Below are positions 20,196 to 31,282 of a DNA stretch of 42,002 nucleotides, piece after piece. The DNA comes from Thelocarpon superellum (taxonomy: Eukaryota). Position 1 is the first letter of the stretch. Each line of letters opens with the position of its first letter. The translations under genes were made by a program, and so were the position numbers. The notes under the pieces were generated by a model. That model worked only from the letters and a program-made list of their open reading frames with translations. It searched no databases and was not told the origin of the DNA. The stretch covers positions 1-42,002 of the forward strand of contig JAPEUG010000116.1 in assembly GCA_026025795.1 (NCBI GenBank). The letters run 5' to 3'.

Positions 20196-23146
20196 ATGTT
20201 GATGGATCAGACGACGGGTGGTGAAGATGATCACGAGAAACATGGGCTCTGCTTGCTGTCGCTGGGTACGGTTGGCAGCTTCACCACCCATATTGTTGCT
20301 GACGGGTGTCGTGATAGACGGCGGTGGTGTGCGTGGTCTATCCACGCTATATATCCTTCACGGTCTCATGAAAAGCATCAATTCTCGGCGAAAGGGGAGG
20401 GGACTGGCGCCGGTGAAACCCTGCGAGGTGTTTGACCTCATCGGAGGAACATCCACCGGAGGGCAAGTCCTGCTGCAACTGTCCCTTCAAAGCTGACTAA
20501 TACCTCGTAGCCTCATCGCCATCATGCTTGGTTGACTAGAGATGGATGTGGACTCGTGTATCAAGGCTTATACCAGCTTGATGGAAGACATCTTCGGAAA
20601 AAGTTCCACGCCGATTGACTGGAAGCTTGACGTCAAGGGTCGATTTAGCTCGGCCTCGCTGGAGAAGGCCATCGAAAGCCTGATACCGGCCAGCGAAGAC
20701 AAGGAGACGGCCTTGCTCAACGATAGCCGTTCGGACCGAAGACCGTGTCGAGTGTACGTCCGCTGTCGTGGCGGAAGGTCCTGGCTCTCAGCTGACGGAT
20801 GCAGCTTTGTGTGTGCAGTGAGGAAGGGTAACACCTCGCTGGCGAGGTTCCGCAGCTACGAATCCGACGCCCTGATGGACGAGGGAGGCGTCACCATCTG
20901 GCAGGCGGCCCGCGCCACCTCGGCTGCAACCTCCTTCTTTGATCCCATCACCATCGGAGAAGGCTATGCCGGACGAGAATATGTCGACGGGGCGTTGGGG
21001 TGCAACAATCCGCTGGACGAGGTGTGGACGGAAGCCCACGACATCTGGACGGAGGGTCAGAGTAGACTGGAAGCGAGGCTCAAGTGCGTGGTGTCCATCG
21101 GGACGGGGAACCCGGGGACGTCCGCCGTCGGCGACAAACCCTGGTCCATTGTCGAGACGCTCAAAGGCATTGCCACGCAAACGGAGAATACCGAGCGGCT
21201 CTTCGCCATGAGTCATCCAGAGCTCCTCAGCCCGAAGCGGTGCTACTTTCGTTTCAACGTGGAACAGGGGCTGCAGGGCGTGGGGTTGGAGGAGTTCAAA
21301 CGCCAGGGCGATATCTTTAATGCCACTGCCAAATACTTGAACGACAATCAACTCCTCAAGATACAGTTTCGAGAGTGCGCGCTCATTCTGAGCCACAAGG
21401 AATGTACGTTTAACGAAGACTTTGCTTAGCGGGGGGAGACTCGTTCACCAGGGTTGACATGACCACAGATTGGCAGGGCAGCGGCCATGCGGATGGTGCG
21501 TCACTGGATTTGGCACAGAGACCGAAGATGGGGGTCTCCGGCACCGATCGTAGCCTAGCGTCGACGCCGGCGCCGGCGCCTGAACCCGAGAAGTATGTGT
21601 GCCTCTGCAGTCACTGTCTTCAAGGTCAGTGGAGCCCCTTCGACGCGGTGCTGAGTTGCCCTTGACCATGCAGATAGGCATCAAGTACAAGGAGCGACTG
21701 TTTGTCTGTACGGAGTGTTTGTTGAATTATTGTCAAGTGTGTCGTGACCATCACGACTTCCATAACGAGTCCTTGATCTCGATTGTGGGCGAAGATATAT
21801 CCTGGAAGCTGGCTCAGCAGAGGCTGCTCATGTCGTGCGCCATCTGCCTGCGAATGATGGCTTACGCCGTTGCCTGCCAAGATTGTCCGCTCAAGCTCTG
21901 CGTGCCGTGTTCCACCATGCGAGGGAGACTGAAAGGCTGGATCACGGAGCATGCACCGTCGGGAAGCGTCCATCGATCCTACATCGAAACCCTCTCCCGA
22001 CCCTTCACGTGGAAACCGCCTCCACGAAAGCCGTGCACCTGCCGCATGGTGCGCGATCTGGTCGGCCACTGCGGCGGGTGCGGCACCCGTGAGTTGCCTG
22101 GCGGGAGGGAATCAACAAGACGACTAACGCGCCTCCAGCGCTGGGCATAGGCGCGACTTTCTACGAATGCATGGACTGCCAGCGCCAACACGGCTTCACC
22201 TGGAAGCTCTGTTCCGAATGCAATGAGCACGTGGATGGCGAGCACACCGCCCGTCATACCATGCAGGTCACCGTCTTCCGAAAGGGCCAGTTCGAGGCCG
22301 ACGAGGCGCACGATCAGATGAAGGATTCGTTGGCATGCACCGAATGCTCTGCCTCATTCGACCGTGGGTCATCTCACACGCGACTGCAACGCTGGTCTAA
22401 CGTTAGCCAGCGAGCCAAACCCCTCATCCGCCGCTGGTTGGGCATAAACACCTCACCTACGTTCGAGAGGTTGGGGACGCCTTCCTCGATGCGAGCCGTG
22501 GAGGCCAGTGGGACCTGTGCTCCAAGAGAGGCCTGCTCCTCTTCTATCCGCGGGAGATTGAAAGTGGTACCGGGGCGACCTGCCCGTGCGGCGAGCGTAC
22601 GTGTCATGACCCTCTCGACCAAGCTACGCCAGATTGCTGAGCTGAACAGCCGTCATCCTTCAAACGCTGGTGTCCGTCTGCTTCGATTGCGGCACCGTTC
22701 TCTGTGCCCTCTGCCGCCACCAGAAACGAGACTTTCATCGGCACGGCCTGACCACATGCCAACTGGTCGAAGCCGGACCAGGCGAGTGGTTCAACTGCAC
22801 CCGATGCGCCGCCAGTATGTCCATCACTCCTGCTTGGCCCGACGGGCCTCTTCTCACCGTGACCGCAGAGGAAACACGAGCAGAGTTCTGTGGTGGCGCT
22901 TGTCCCCGATGCAACGCGCTCATATGCAACGCGTGTCTCTTCAAGCAGCCGAATCATAGCAACTACTGCTGCACGAACCCTCCCACTCAGCCCCGATGGC
23001 TATTTGTGGCCTTTCGGAAGCAAACGAGGACGACGTACCTCCGATCGTCTCGCCTTTCCGGCCCTTCGCCGCGGCGGGTCGACGGCGTGACTCCTGTCAA
23101 GGCCGATGGCGTCCACCGCATGCTCAATCGTCTTTTCGGTTCGTGA
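20196..23146 (+). CDS. Patatin-like phospholipase fused to tandem ZZ-like Cys/His zinc fingers; 10 exons, about 825 codons, interrupted by one in-frame TGA (readthrough candidate or recent pseudogene)
   Basis: Exons 20196-20265, 20318-20462, 20511-20753, 20805-21403, 21469-21624, 21678-22088, 22139-22363, 22411-22596, 22650-22814, 22869-23146 join in frame. DGGGVRG, GTSTG and DGA motifs are intact. TGA at 20533-20535. C-half has repeated CxxC..CxxC..CxxC..H modules. Confidence 0.75.
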
Positions 23147-23818
23147 CGGCTTGACTCGGGCGTTTCCTTTGCAGACTTGGCCCCGGATTGGGTCCCCGCC
23201 GGCGACTTCCTATGGATGCTGTGCGTCGTGCACGTTGCATACTTCTTCTCCGTCCTTTTCGCATTCTTCCAAGGCGTTGCGTGTTTGCCTCTCAAGCAGA
23301 TCTACACGGCGTTCTACATGGGGGCTTTTCGTCGTGGTCAAGATGCGATACTGACGCTCGCTGTCCACCCTCTGCCTATTCTAGTTGAGGAAGGCCAGTT
23401 GGAGAAGGATAGGGTCCGAAAAGACAGCGTTCGAACGCGCAGGCACTTTGGCTCCCCAACGCCCCGGGCGCTGTCGTATGTCCATGCAGGAATGGGGAGG
23501 CGCCAGAAGTGGTGCCCGGATGCCGATTGAATGGGGGTGGGACGAGGACAAAGCGCAGCTGAAGCGGCGGGGTGATGCATGTACGAGAATGAGCATGAAC
23601 ACATATCGCCGGCCTTTCGCCGAGACAGAGTTTCTGCATGGTGTGGGAAAGCCGCTTTGAGTCAATGGATGCTCCATGACTTTGCCCACGAACATCTTTA
23701 CGATTCACGTGAGAGAAACTTGCTAGCAGCAGGCGCCCCCCCTGGACCCCTATACTTCGGGTGCAGAGTAGTCGCACTCGGAGTCCGCCAAGTGCACATC
23801 ATGTGACCTAGGCTTCTT

Positions 23819-23959
23819 TCACTCCGTAATCAGGTGACGGGGAGCGAGACACCTAGGGATAGGACTCCTGGTGCCGATATGTGCAAGTCACTCCGTAATC
23901 AGGTGATGGGGAGCGAGACACCTAGGGATTGGACTGCTGGTGCCGATATGTGCAAGTCA
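23819..23959. repeat. 69-bp tandem duplication (2 copies, 3 mismatches)
   Basis: TCACTCCGTAATCAGGTGA...GATATGTGCAAG occurs at 23819 and again at 23888. Confidence 0.9.
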
Positions 23960-24208
23960 GAGCCGCGAATGGGAGACACAACTTGCACAAGTAGCCGAGT
24001 TACGAGTCACGAGTTACTCGTCACGATTGGCCAGAATTCAGGACAGGAAATTGCTGAGTCCCAGTACGTGGACTCGTGCCTCAATGGAACGCTCACTTAT
24101 CAGCTTCTGTGGCGCCTTCCAGATGGCCGACGAAAAGGATTAGTCAGCCATCGCATGTCTTGAATTTCTGAACCAGTGAACATCAGAAGGTTCAACGGGT
24201 TTCAGTCA

Positions 24209-24260
24209 AGACGGACAGACCCAGACGCACCCAGACGGACCCAGACGGACCCAGACGGAC
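24209..24260. repeat. 10-bp minisatellite (CCAGACGGAC)n
   Basis: About 4-5 near-perfect units read directly. Confidence 0.75.
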
Positions 24261-24467
24261 TGTTGATCTCCATTACGCCATACCAGAACACCGGGACCAT
24301 TGGGACCACCGACGAAACATCAGATCCCTGCCAGCACCACCACTCACCACGCCCACGCACCACTTGGACCTTGCTCGTGCGTCACATTGGCTTCCCCCGT
24401 CACCAACCTGCTACCACATGGGCGAGCCGCGCCAGCTCCGCCAGATCTCTGCGCGCATGCCGGATGA

Positions 24468-27400
24468 ATGCACCCTCTAAATCCTTTCCTACGTGCCTTC
24501 TTCCGAAGCAACCTCCCTGCGCAGTGTAGCCCCGCTGCGGAGCACGTACGTGCCTCGCCTCGCCCTCTTGGGCCTCCGCTGTGCACGCGTTCAAAGGCCC
24601 GCGTGCGCACCCTCATGGCTGACGTGCGTGCCCATGACAGATCCTCCTCGTCCCCACCACCGAGATCCTCCTGACCACGCGCGACGCCGACTCCAACGCC
24701 CCCTACGCCGACCTCGCCAGTGCCGATGATTTCCTGGGCAGTCATGTGCTGCGCATGCCCGGCACCCCCCTGCCCGGCGCGGCCAAAGATGCAGGCACGG
24801 TGCGGGACAACCGGGGCAAAGCAAAGCAATTCACCACCATGAATGGCCGCACCGTCGTCGTCAAGGACAACATGGTGTACAGCAACAAAGGTCAACCGCC
24901 CGTCCGCAGAAGTCATGCCCCCTCCGCTGACCATGGTCTCCGACACCTCCTAGGCTTCAAGCATCTGAACCAAGTACACTTGCTGACAGATGCGCTGTGG
25001 TACCCGGACGGTCTCGACGCCCAGCATTGGCTCATCTACTACATCTCCCGGCCCCTGGTCGGCTCGATGGACGTCATCAAGATCATCCCCGCCGTGCTGT
25101 CCCACCATCCGCCATCACCTTCGTCGCCCTCGACCGCCGCGAGCAGTCCCATCGGGGCCGAGCCGAAGAAGGACATCAAGACCTTCAACGACTTGCTGAA
25201 CGCCTTCCCCATGATTGCGCGGCAGATGCAAACCGGTCTGGAGCGCGTGTTCCACGACTTCGCCGCCGCGATGGAGAAGGCCGGCGTCATCAACGGCGTG
25301 CCGTCCGCGGACACGGATGGGTCCACGGCGGTGGAATCGTCGGCTGCATCCACGGGGAGCGATCGATCCAACGGCCATGCAAAGGCACCAGCCGCCCTGG
25401 TCCCCGTCGAGGACGAAAAGGAGATGGCCATGCGGGCCGCGCTGGAGACCGCCGTCACGGCCGCCATCGACCTCTTCCAGCTGGTGGACAAGCAGCAACT
25501 CTCGCTGCTGGGCGCCACCACCGACCTCACCGGACCGCTGGTGGAACGGCTCATCGAGCGGTACGTGACGGAGCAGCTGCACGACGCCCTCGTCTTCCCC
25601 ACGCTGTGTGCACTGCGACGCGCCGATGACCAAGAGCTGGAGCATCGCATCCGCCAGAGGGAAGACGTCGACGTGTCGCAGGTGGGCATCGCCGTCCAGG
25701 GCGGCTTGCGCGGCAAGCACGAGCTCATCCAGCGCCTGCAAAAGGCGGTGGAGGCCTTTCGTCGTCTCAGCGCCGCCGGTAGCCCGCAGGAGATGGTCGA
25801 GATCCTCCTGGAGACGGAGCGCATCGTCACCATGGTCAGTCCCGACCGGCCTGGCGGCCCCGCGGACGCCAGCGTAACGGAGAAGCCGCCGTCGGTCATG
25901 ACCATCAACGCCGACACCCTGGTTTCGCTGCTGCTCGTCGTCGTCATCCGCGCCCAGGTCCGCCATCTGCACGCCCGGCTGTCGTACATGCGCCACTTCA
26001 TCTTCCTCGACGACGTCGAAGGCGGCGAGATGGGCTATGCCCTGAGCACCTTCGAGGCCGTCCTTTCCTATCTGGCCAAGGACTCGGGTGGCTTGCGCAA
26101 AGCGAGTCGCCGCAATCGCGCCCTATGGCAAGCGACGCGCGATGGGCAGCTGGTCGACATGAAAGCCATCCTCGAGCCCGGCCTCTGCATCACGCCGGAA
26201 GCAACCCTGGTGGACGAACCGGCGCCACTCGCCTCACGCCCGCCCTCGCCCCCATCCTCCCCTCCCCCAGATCCACCACCCAAGAGCGGGGATGAAGTCG
26301 ACGAGGCGCGCCTGAGCTCCGCCCTCAAGCGCGTGCTGCCCATGCACCCCCATGAACCGACGCAGGCAAACGGCGAGGACGTCGGCCCGACCGTGCGACG
26401 AAAGACGGTGTCGATGGATACCCAGAGCGTGTCGAGCTCGTCGACCTTCTCCCTGCGCTCACGCACCACGACGTTGAACTCGCGCTGGAGCGATGGCGGC
26501 CTGGAAGGAGACACGTCCATCGACAAGCTCTCCAAGACGCAGGACGCCACGGGCGAGTCCGTGCCCATGATGGCGATCCAGAGCCGGCAGCCAGCGGCGT
26601 TGCGATATCTTCTAGGCTTGACCGACTACTTCCCCGTGAGCACGCTCATGGATGATGTCGACAACGAGGGCACCACCTTGCTCAGCGCCGCCATCCAGCT
26701 GGGCCAGGACGATCTGATCGCGCCCGTGCTCGACACGATCGGCCGGGCCGCGGATCCCGACGCCGTCGCCCATTATCTGGCGCAGCAGGACGTGCGGGGC
26801 CGGAGCGCGGCGCACTACCTCTTCAACGCGCCGCAGCTGATTGCGCGCCTCGGGCGCTTCCTGCCATGGCGGTTGAAGGACCGGAACGGGCAGACCCCGC
26901 TCTTTGCCCTCTGTCGCTCCTATGACCATCCGCACTACCGCGACATGATCGACCACGCCTTGTCGGCGGCGCAGGTGACGCAACCTGATGGCCTGCCGCT
27001 CCACCTGGATGATCATGTGGACGGCAAGGGCAACTCCCTGCTGCACATCGTGCACGATCCCCCGTTGGCGCGGCGGATCATGGACGATTGCGACACGGAC
27101 GTCAACGCCACCAACGACAAGCGTTTCACGGCGCTGATGGTCGCGAGCAAGTACGGCCGGCTCGACACCGTGCGGACACTGTTTAGCGATCCGCGCGTCG
27201 ATCTAGCGGTGCGCGAGGCTCGCGGGCTGACGGCAGTCGAGTTGGCCAAGGATGACGAGGTGCGCAACCGGATCGACGACCTCGTCCTGCTGTCCGACCC
27301 CGGCAGCGTCGATGGACGGACGACGGCCGTGGTGCGTTCCTTCTTCGTCGAGGACGCTTCGGTCCGGCTGGTGCTCAAGTCAGCCGCCCCGGCGTCGGCC

Positions 27401-28411
27401 TCGACCATTACCATCACGACGAGCCGACGGTCGCTGGCGGACTTTGAGAATCTGGCCAAGTGGCTGGCCATCGAGCACCCCGCCTCCTGGCTCCCGCCCG
27501 TGCCCACCTTCCGCTCCGCCTTCCAGATTGCGTCGAAACCGTCGCGGGCGGTGCTCCGCGACATCCAGCAGCGCATGGACCGATTCTTGAAGGTGCTCCT
27601 GTCGCACTCGACCTTTGGCACGCACGAGCTGGTGTGGGAGTTCTTCTTGGCGCCGGAGATCCAGCCGGAGATGATGGCGGAGCGCAGCCGCAAGAAGGCG
27701 GACATGCGCGCCGAGATGGTCAAGGAGGAGTACGCGCCGATGCAGGAGCTGCGCGAGGTGGAGATCTTCGTGGGCCACGCGCGCGACGCCATCCGCGGCG
27801 TGCACCACGCCACCGCCAGCGTCGTGCGACGCACCAACACCCTCCGCATCATCCACACCGACCTGGCCGACGCCGCCTCGCTCACCGCCCGCGCCTTCAG
27901 CACCGTCGCCTTCCTCCCCCCCTCGCACATCCGCGCCCTCGCCCGCTACGCCATCGCCCTCGCCCCCACGGAGAGCGCGCCCTACGCGCTCTTCTACCAA
28001 GACGTGCAATGCATCGCCACCACCATCACCGCCATGCTCGCCGCGCTCGCCCGACCAGGCACGCTCATCAGCTCGATGAGCTCAGCGTCCAAGGCCATCG
28101 ACCGCCACATGTCCTCCGTGCGGCGCTCGGACCGGTGGCCGCTGGGTCTGATGGACGAGACACGCAACAAGCTGCACCAGGAAGCGGCGGACCGGGTGCG
28201 CGCCAGCCAGCGCGACCTGCTCTTGCTCGGATCCGAGCTGCGCTACACGCAGCAGACCGTTGCGGCCGAGCTGGCCGGGTGGCAGGACCTGCATGCCAAA
28301 ATGGCCCGGAGGGCCCTGCGCACCCTCGCGCAGCGCACGGTGGTCGCGGAGCGCGCGAGGCTGGAGAGCTTGCGGCGTGCGGTGCGTGGCGTACTACCGG
28401 GGCGGGTGTAG
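24468..28411 (+). CDS. VRL1: VPS9-domain/ankyrin-repeat/PX-like endosomal Rab GEF (UPF0507/Vrl1 family), 3 exons
   Basis: Exons 24468-24545, 24641-24890, 24954-28411. Starts MHPLNPFLRAFFRS; VPS9 core INADTLVSLLLVVVIR...GEMGYALSTFEAV; ankyrin repeats (NGQTPL, KGNSLLH, FTALMVASKYG); PX-like segment (RRSLADFENLAKWL, HELVWEFF). Confidence 0.88.
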
Positions 28412-28803
28412 CTTTGCTCCTGGAGGGTTTGGATAGGATGTTCGTGCTTCTCATCCTCTCCGTGTTCTCAATTGTACACCCTTTTGGGATCCAGGGTCTT
28501 CTAATATGATCTGTATTCCACCTTGTTCTTACTATGTTATGAGTACATACAGAATCGTACGCCACGGTTGAGAAGTTCAAGCAGCCATGCGATAGAGCAA
28601 CTGGCCCGTTGTTTTCGTGGTCTGAATGGCATCTCCGCTCACCACGAAGCTCCACTTACCCCACGTCGTCGTGGCGCATTCACTCTGTGCGCCGCAGGAG
28701 CATGTCAATGCGTGGAACCTACCTTTCATCGGCATGGGTTTCCATCTTTGCTCCCGCGGAGATCAGAACACGAACGGCCGCTCGCTGGTTTCGAATAAAC
28801 AAC

Positions 28804-29244
28804 CTACATGTCAGCAAACTCAAGAACATCGGTCGTGTACGGGTCGTCCCCAACGGGCGTAAACTGCGCCACACAGCCCGAGACGGCCGCGTCGGAGCTG
28901 GACAACTGAATGGGCCCCGTGAGGTTCACGCACGGCTGCACGGTCAACGGCGAGCGTACGTGCGGCGTCGTTGACGCTGAGACATCGCCACCCTGGAGCA
29001 GCCTGGTCGACTAGCTCACGCCATGAGTCGTCACACGCTGGGCTGGGCTGGACGTGCCCTCGCCCATGCTGTATGTGCCCGTCTCGGTGCACACGATCGA
29101 CGCGTCCGTCCGCTGCAAGGTCGCATCGCAGTCTAACCCGCTGCCGTTGCCGATGCCGGTACTGCTGCTGCACGTGGTCGTGGCCGTGGTGTCCGGGAGG
29201 ATTGTGCTGGCTAGGAAGGCAAGGAGATGGAGAGGAAGATGCAC
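28804..29244 (-). pseudogene. Possible degenerate small secreted Cys-containing protein gene
   Basis: Reads (GTG)HLPLHLLAFLASTILPDTTATTTCSS...DCDATL...VC, a signal-peptide-like start with GTG where ATG is expected. A downstream frame ending ...CVAQFTPVGDDPYTTDVLEFADM* cannot be joined by canonical splicing. Confidence 0.3.
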
Positions 29245-30247
29245 GATATGCTGCCGTCAAGGACGGGTAAATAGGAGAGAAGAGAGGAGAAGATCGGAGA
29301 TGGAGGATGGAAGTGACGGCGGACGAGACGGAAGATGGAGATCAGACGTAAAACTGCACTTTCACATGACTCTCAGGAGCCCTTGCCAGGTAAACATCGT
29401 CAGTCTCCTGCCCGAATGCCCTATTTCAATCGCATTGATGCTACCAAGGGCGAGTTGGGGCCGATGAAACTCCTTCACGTGGGGATGTCAGTGCATAGCA
29501 ACGTCCCAAGCGGGGGATTGAATCGTCATCATCATGCGTATCTTCTAGTAGAACATGCTGGACGAGGATGAAAAGCAGTTGTTGCGGCTGGATGCATGAC
29601 GTGCGAGAGGAACACCGCCTGCGCCATGACCACAGTCATGGTCCCGGTCAGATCGTTCAAGTGCTGTATGCACCGTGACTCTCGATGTCTCCTCGTTTTC
29701 CGTGACTCCTCAATTCCTGACCGTGGCGATCGGCACGTGTGTTGCCGGGCTGAGTCAGCGTCTCGAGGGGCCCTCGTGGGACCAACACGTCGGCGACTGA
29801 GACCGCTGCGGCGTGTCCGTACTTCCTCCGTACGCCACCATCTACGATGTGCTCTCCGCCATTTCAATGTTGGCACGGGTGGATTAGTCCGAACTACCTA
29901 GGCACTGCGCAACTTGCCTCAGGTGATACGAGAGTGGCTAAGTAAGATGTACATAAGATGGATGTCGAGACCCAGGATTAGTACTCACAACCTCCGCTTC
30001 AAGTACGATCGGGAGAATGTTTGGCACGAGAGCGCTTGGTCATTTCCGTCGCCGTCCCGCATACGTCATTGACGACCAAACGCGATCGGCGACAAACACC
30101 TCTCTACAAATAGCAAAGCAACGCCCCTCGCCTCTTCTCGTCGACCGTGCCAAGTAAATCGAATCCTCTTGCACATCCCACCGTTTCTCCTAACTAAGTG
30201 TTACCACTCTCCATCACGCTCAACGCCACGTCGGCTCTCCTGCCATC

Positions 30248-30743
30248 ATGCCCCTCGTCGTCCCAGGAATCAACGACAACCACTCGGGCAATGATGCCAA
30301 GACGGAATGGACGAACAAACTGGTCGGGAAGAAGATCAGCGAGTCAACCTCGGACGCGACGGTAAGCTTGCCTGCCTCCTCGCCCTGACCTGTCATGACC
30401 CGCCCGGCTCGGGCAGCAGCCGCAGTGCAGAGTAGCCCGAGACTGATGCACGCACCGGTCGCGACAGAACTTTGCTAAGAGAGACCTTCCGTCTGCACAC
30501 CGCGTGCTCCCGCCCGGCTCATTAGTGACCAAGGACTTTCAACCCGATCGGTAAGCTTGGCGGCTTTGGCGACCTTGGCGACCTTGGCGACCTTGGCGGC
30601 TCTGCCGGCTTGGCCGGGTCCGGAGAGAGGGTTTGAGCTCGTTATCCGTGGTGGCCCGCGGACTAATGCATTCCATCTTTGCTCCCAGGCTCAATGTCCA
30701 CGTCGGCTCGGACGGCACGGTCACGCATGTGGACTATCAATGA
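30248..30743 (+). CDS. Small peptidase inhibitor I78-family protein, 83 aa, 3 exons
   Basis: Exons 30248-30361, 30468-30550, 30689-30743 give MPLVVPGINDNHSGNDAKTEWTNKLVGKKISESTSDATNFAKRDLPSAHRVLPPGSLVTKDFQPDRLNVHVGSDGTVTHVDYQ. Has the typical T-x-DF-x-P-x-RLNV motif. Not in the ORF track. Confidence 0.85.
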
Positions 30744-31200
30744 TGGATCGAACGGGTCGGGGTCGCATTACAACTAAGTACGAGTACCATGGTGATCGGA
30801 CGCATGCCTGGTGCTGTTGGGCGGGACGAGTGCGCCGCTTCAGTGGAGTACGATATCTTCGAGTATGAGTACATCGTAACAGTTAAACCGGTTGCACTGG
30901 CACCCCTTCCGCGTCCTAGAATGCGGACAATAATCAAACTGCGCTGGATCCTTATCGGACATGATCCAGGGCGCAACGGCCTCTGACAGGCTAACCAGTC
31001 CGGCAGATAGCTGCCAGTCAGCCACCAAGAGGGTCGATGGTGAAAAAGGGTGGTCACTTGGCAAGAGTCTTGGCGCGCAGGAGATAGGCGGTGGCCAAGG
31101 AGGTGTGGGGACGGCCCCGAGATGAAATGGCTGGCCAAGAGGCCCGGGGGCTGGGCATCGCTTGGTTGTCGTAGCTTGGGGTGGACGAACACCGCAAGCG

Positions 31201-31282
31201 AGCAGCGCCCAGCGACGCCCAGCGACAAGCGACGCCCAGCAATGCCCAGCGACGCCCAGCGACGCCGCGCGCTGCCCAGCCC
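31201..31282. repeat. Degenerate 10-bp minisatellite (CAGCGACGCC)n
   Basis: Repeated CCCAGCGACG units in intergenic DNA. Confidence 0.65.

Noticed and set aside
20542..21429. Treating the 295-aa ORF as a complete patatin gene
   Set aside because: It lacks the DGGG and GTSTG motifs, which lie in upstream exons before the in-frame TGA.
21593..21673. GTATGT donor at 21593 as an intron start in the patatin-ZZ gene
   Set aside because: Both available acceptors give a stop or the wrong frame. Reading through to the GTCAGT donor at 21625 restores a complete CxxC module.
23177..23806. Short hydrophobic ORFs downstream of the patatin-ZZ gene
   Set aside because: No recognisable family or consistent splice model; a gene relic cannot be excluded without a search.
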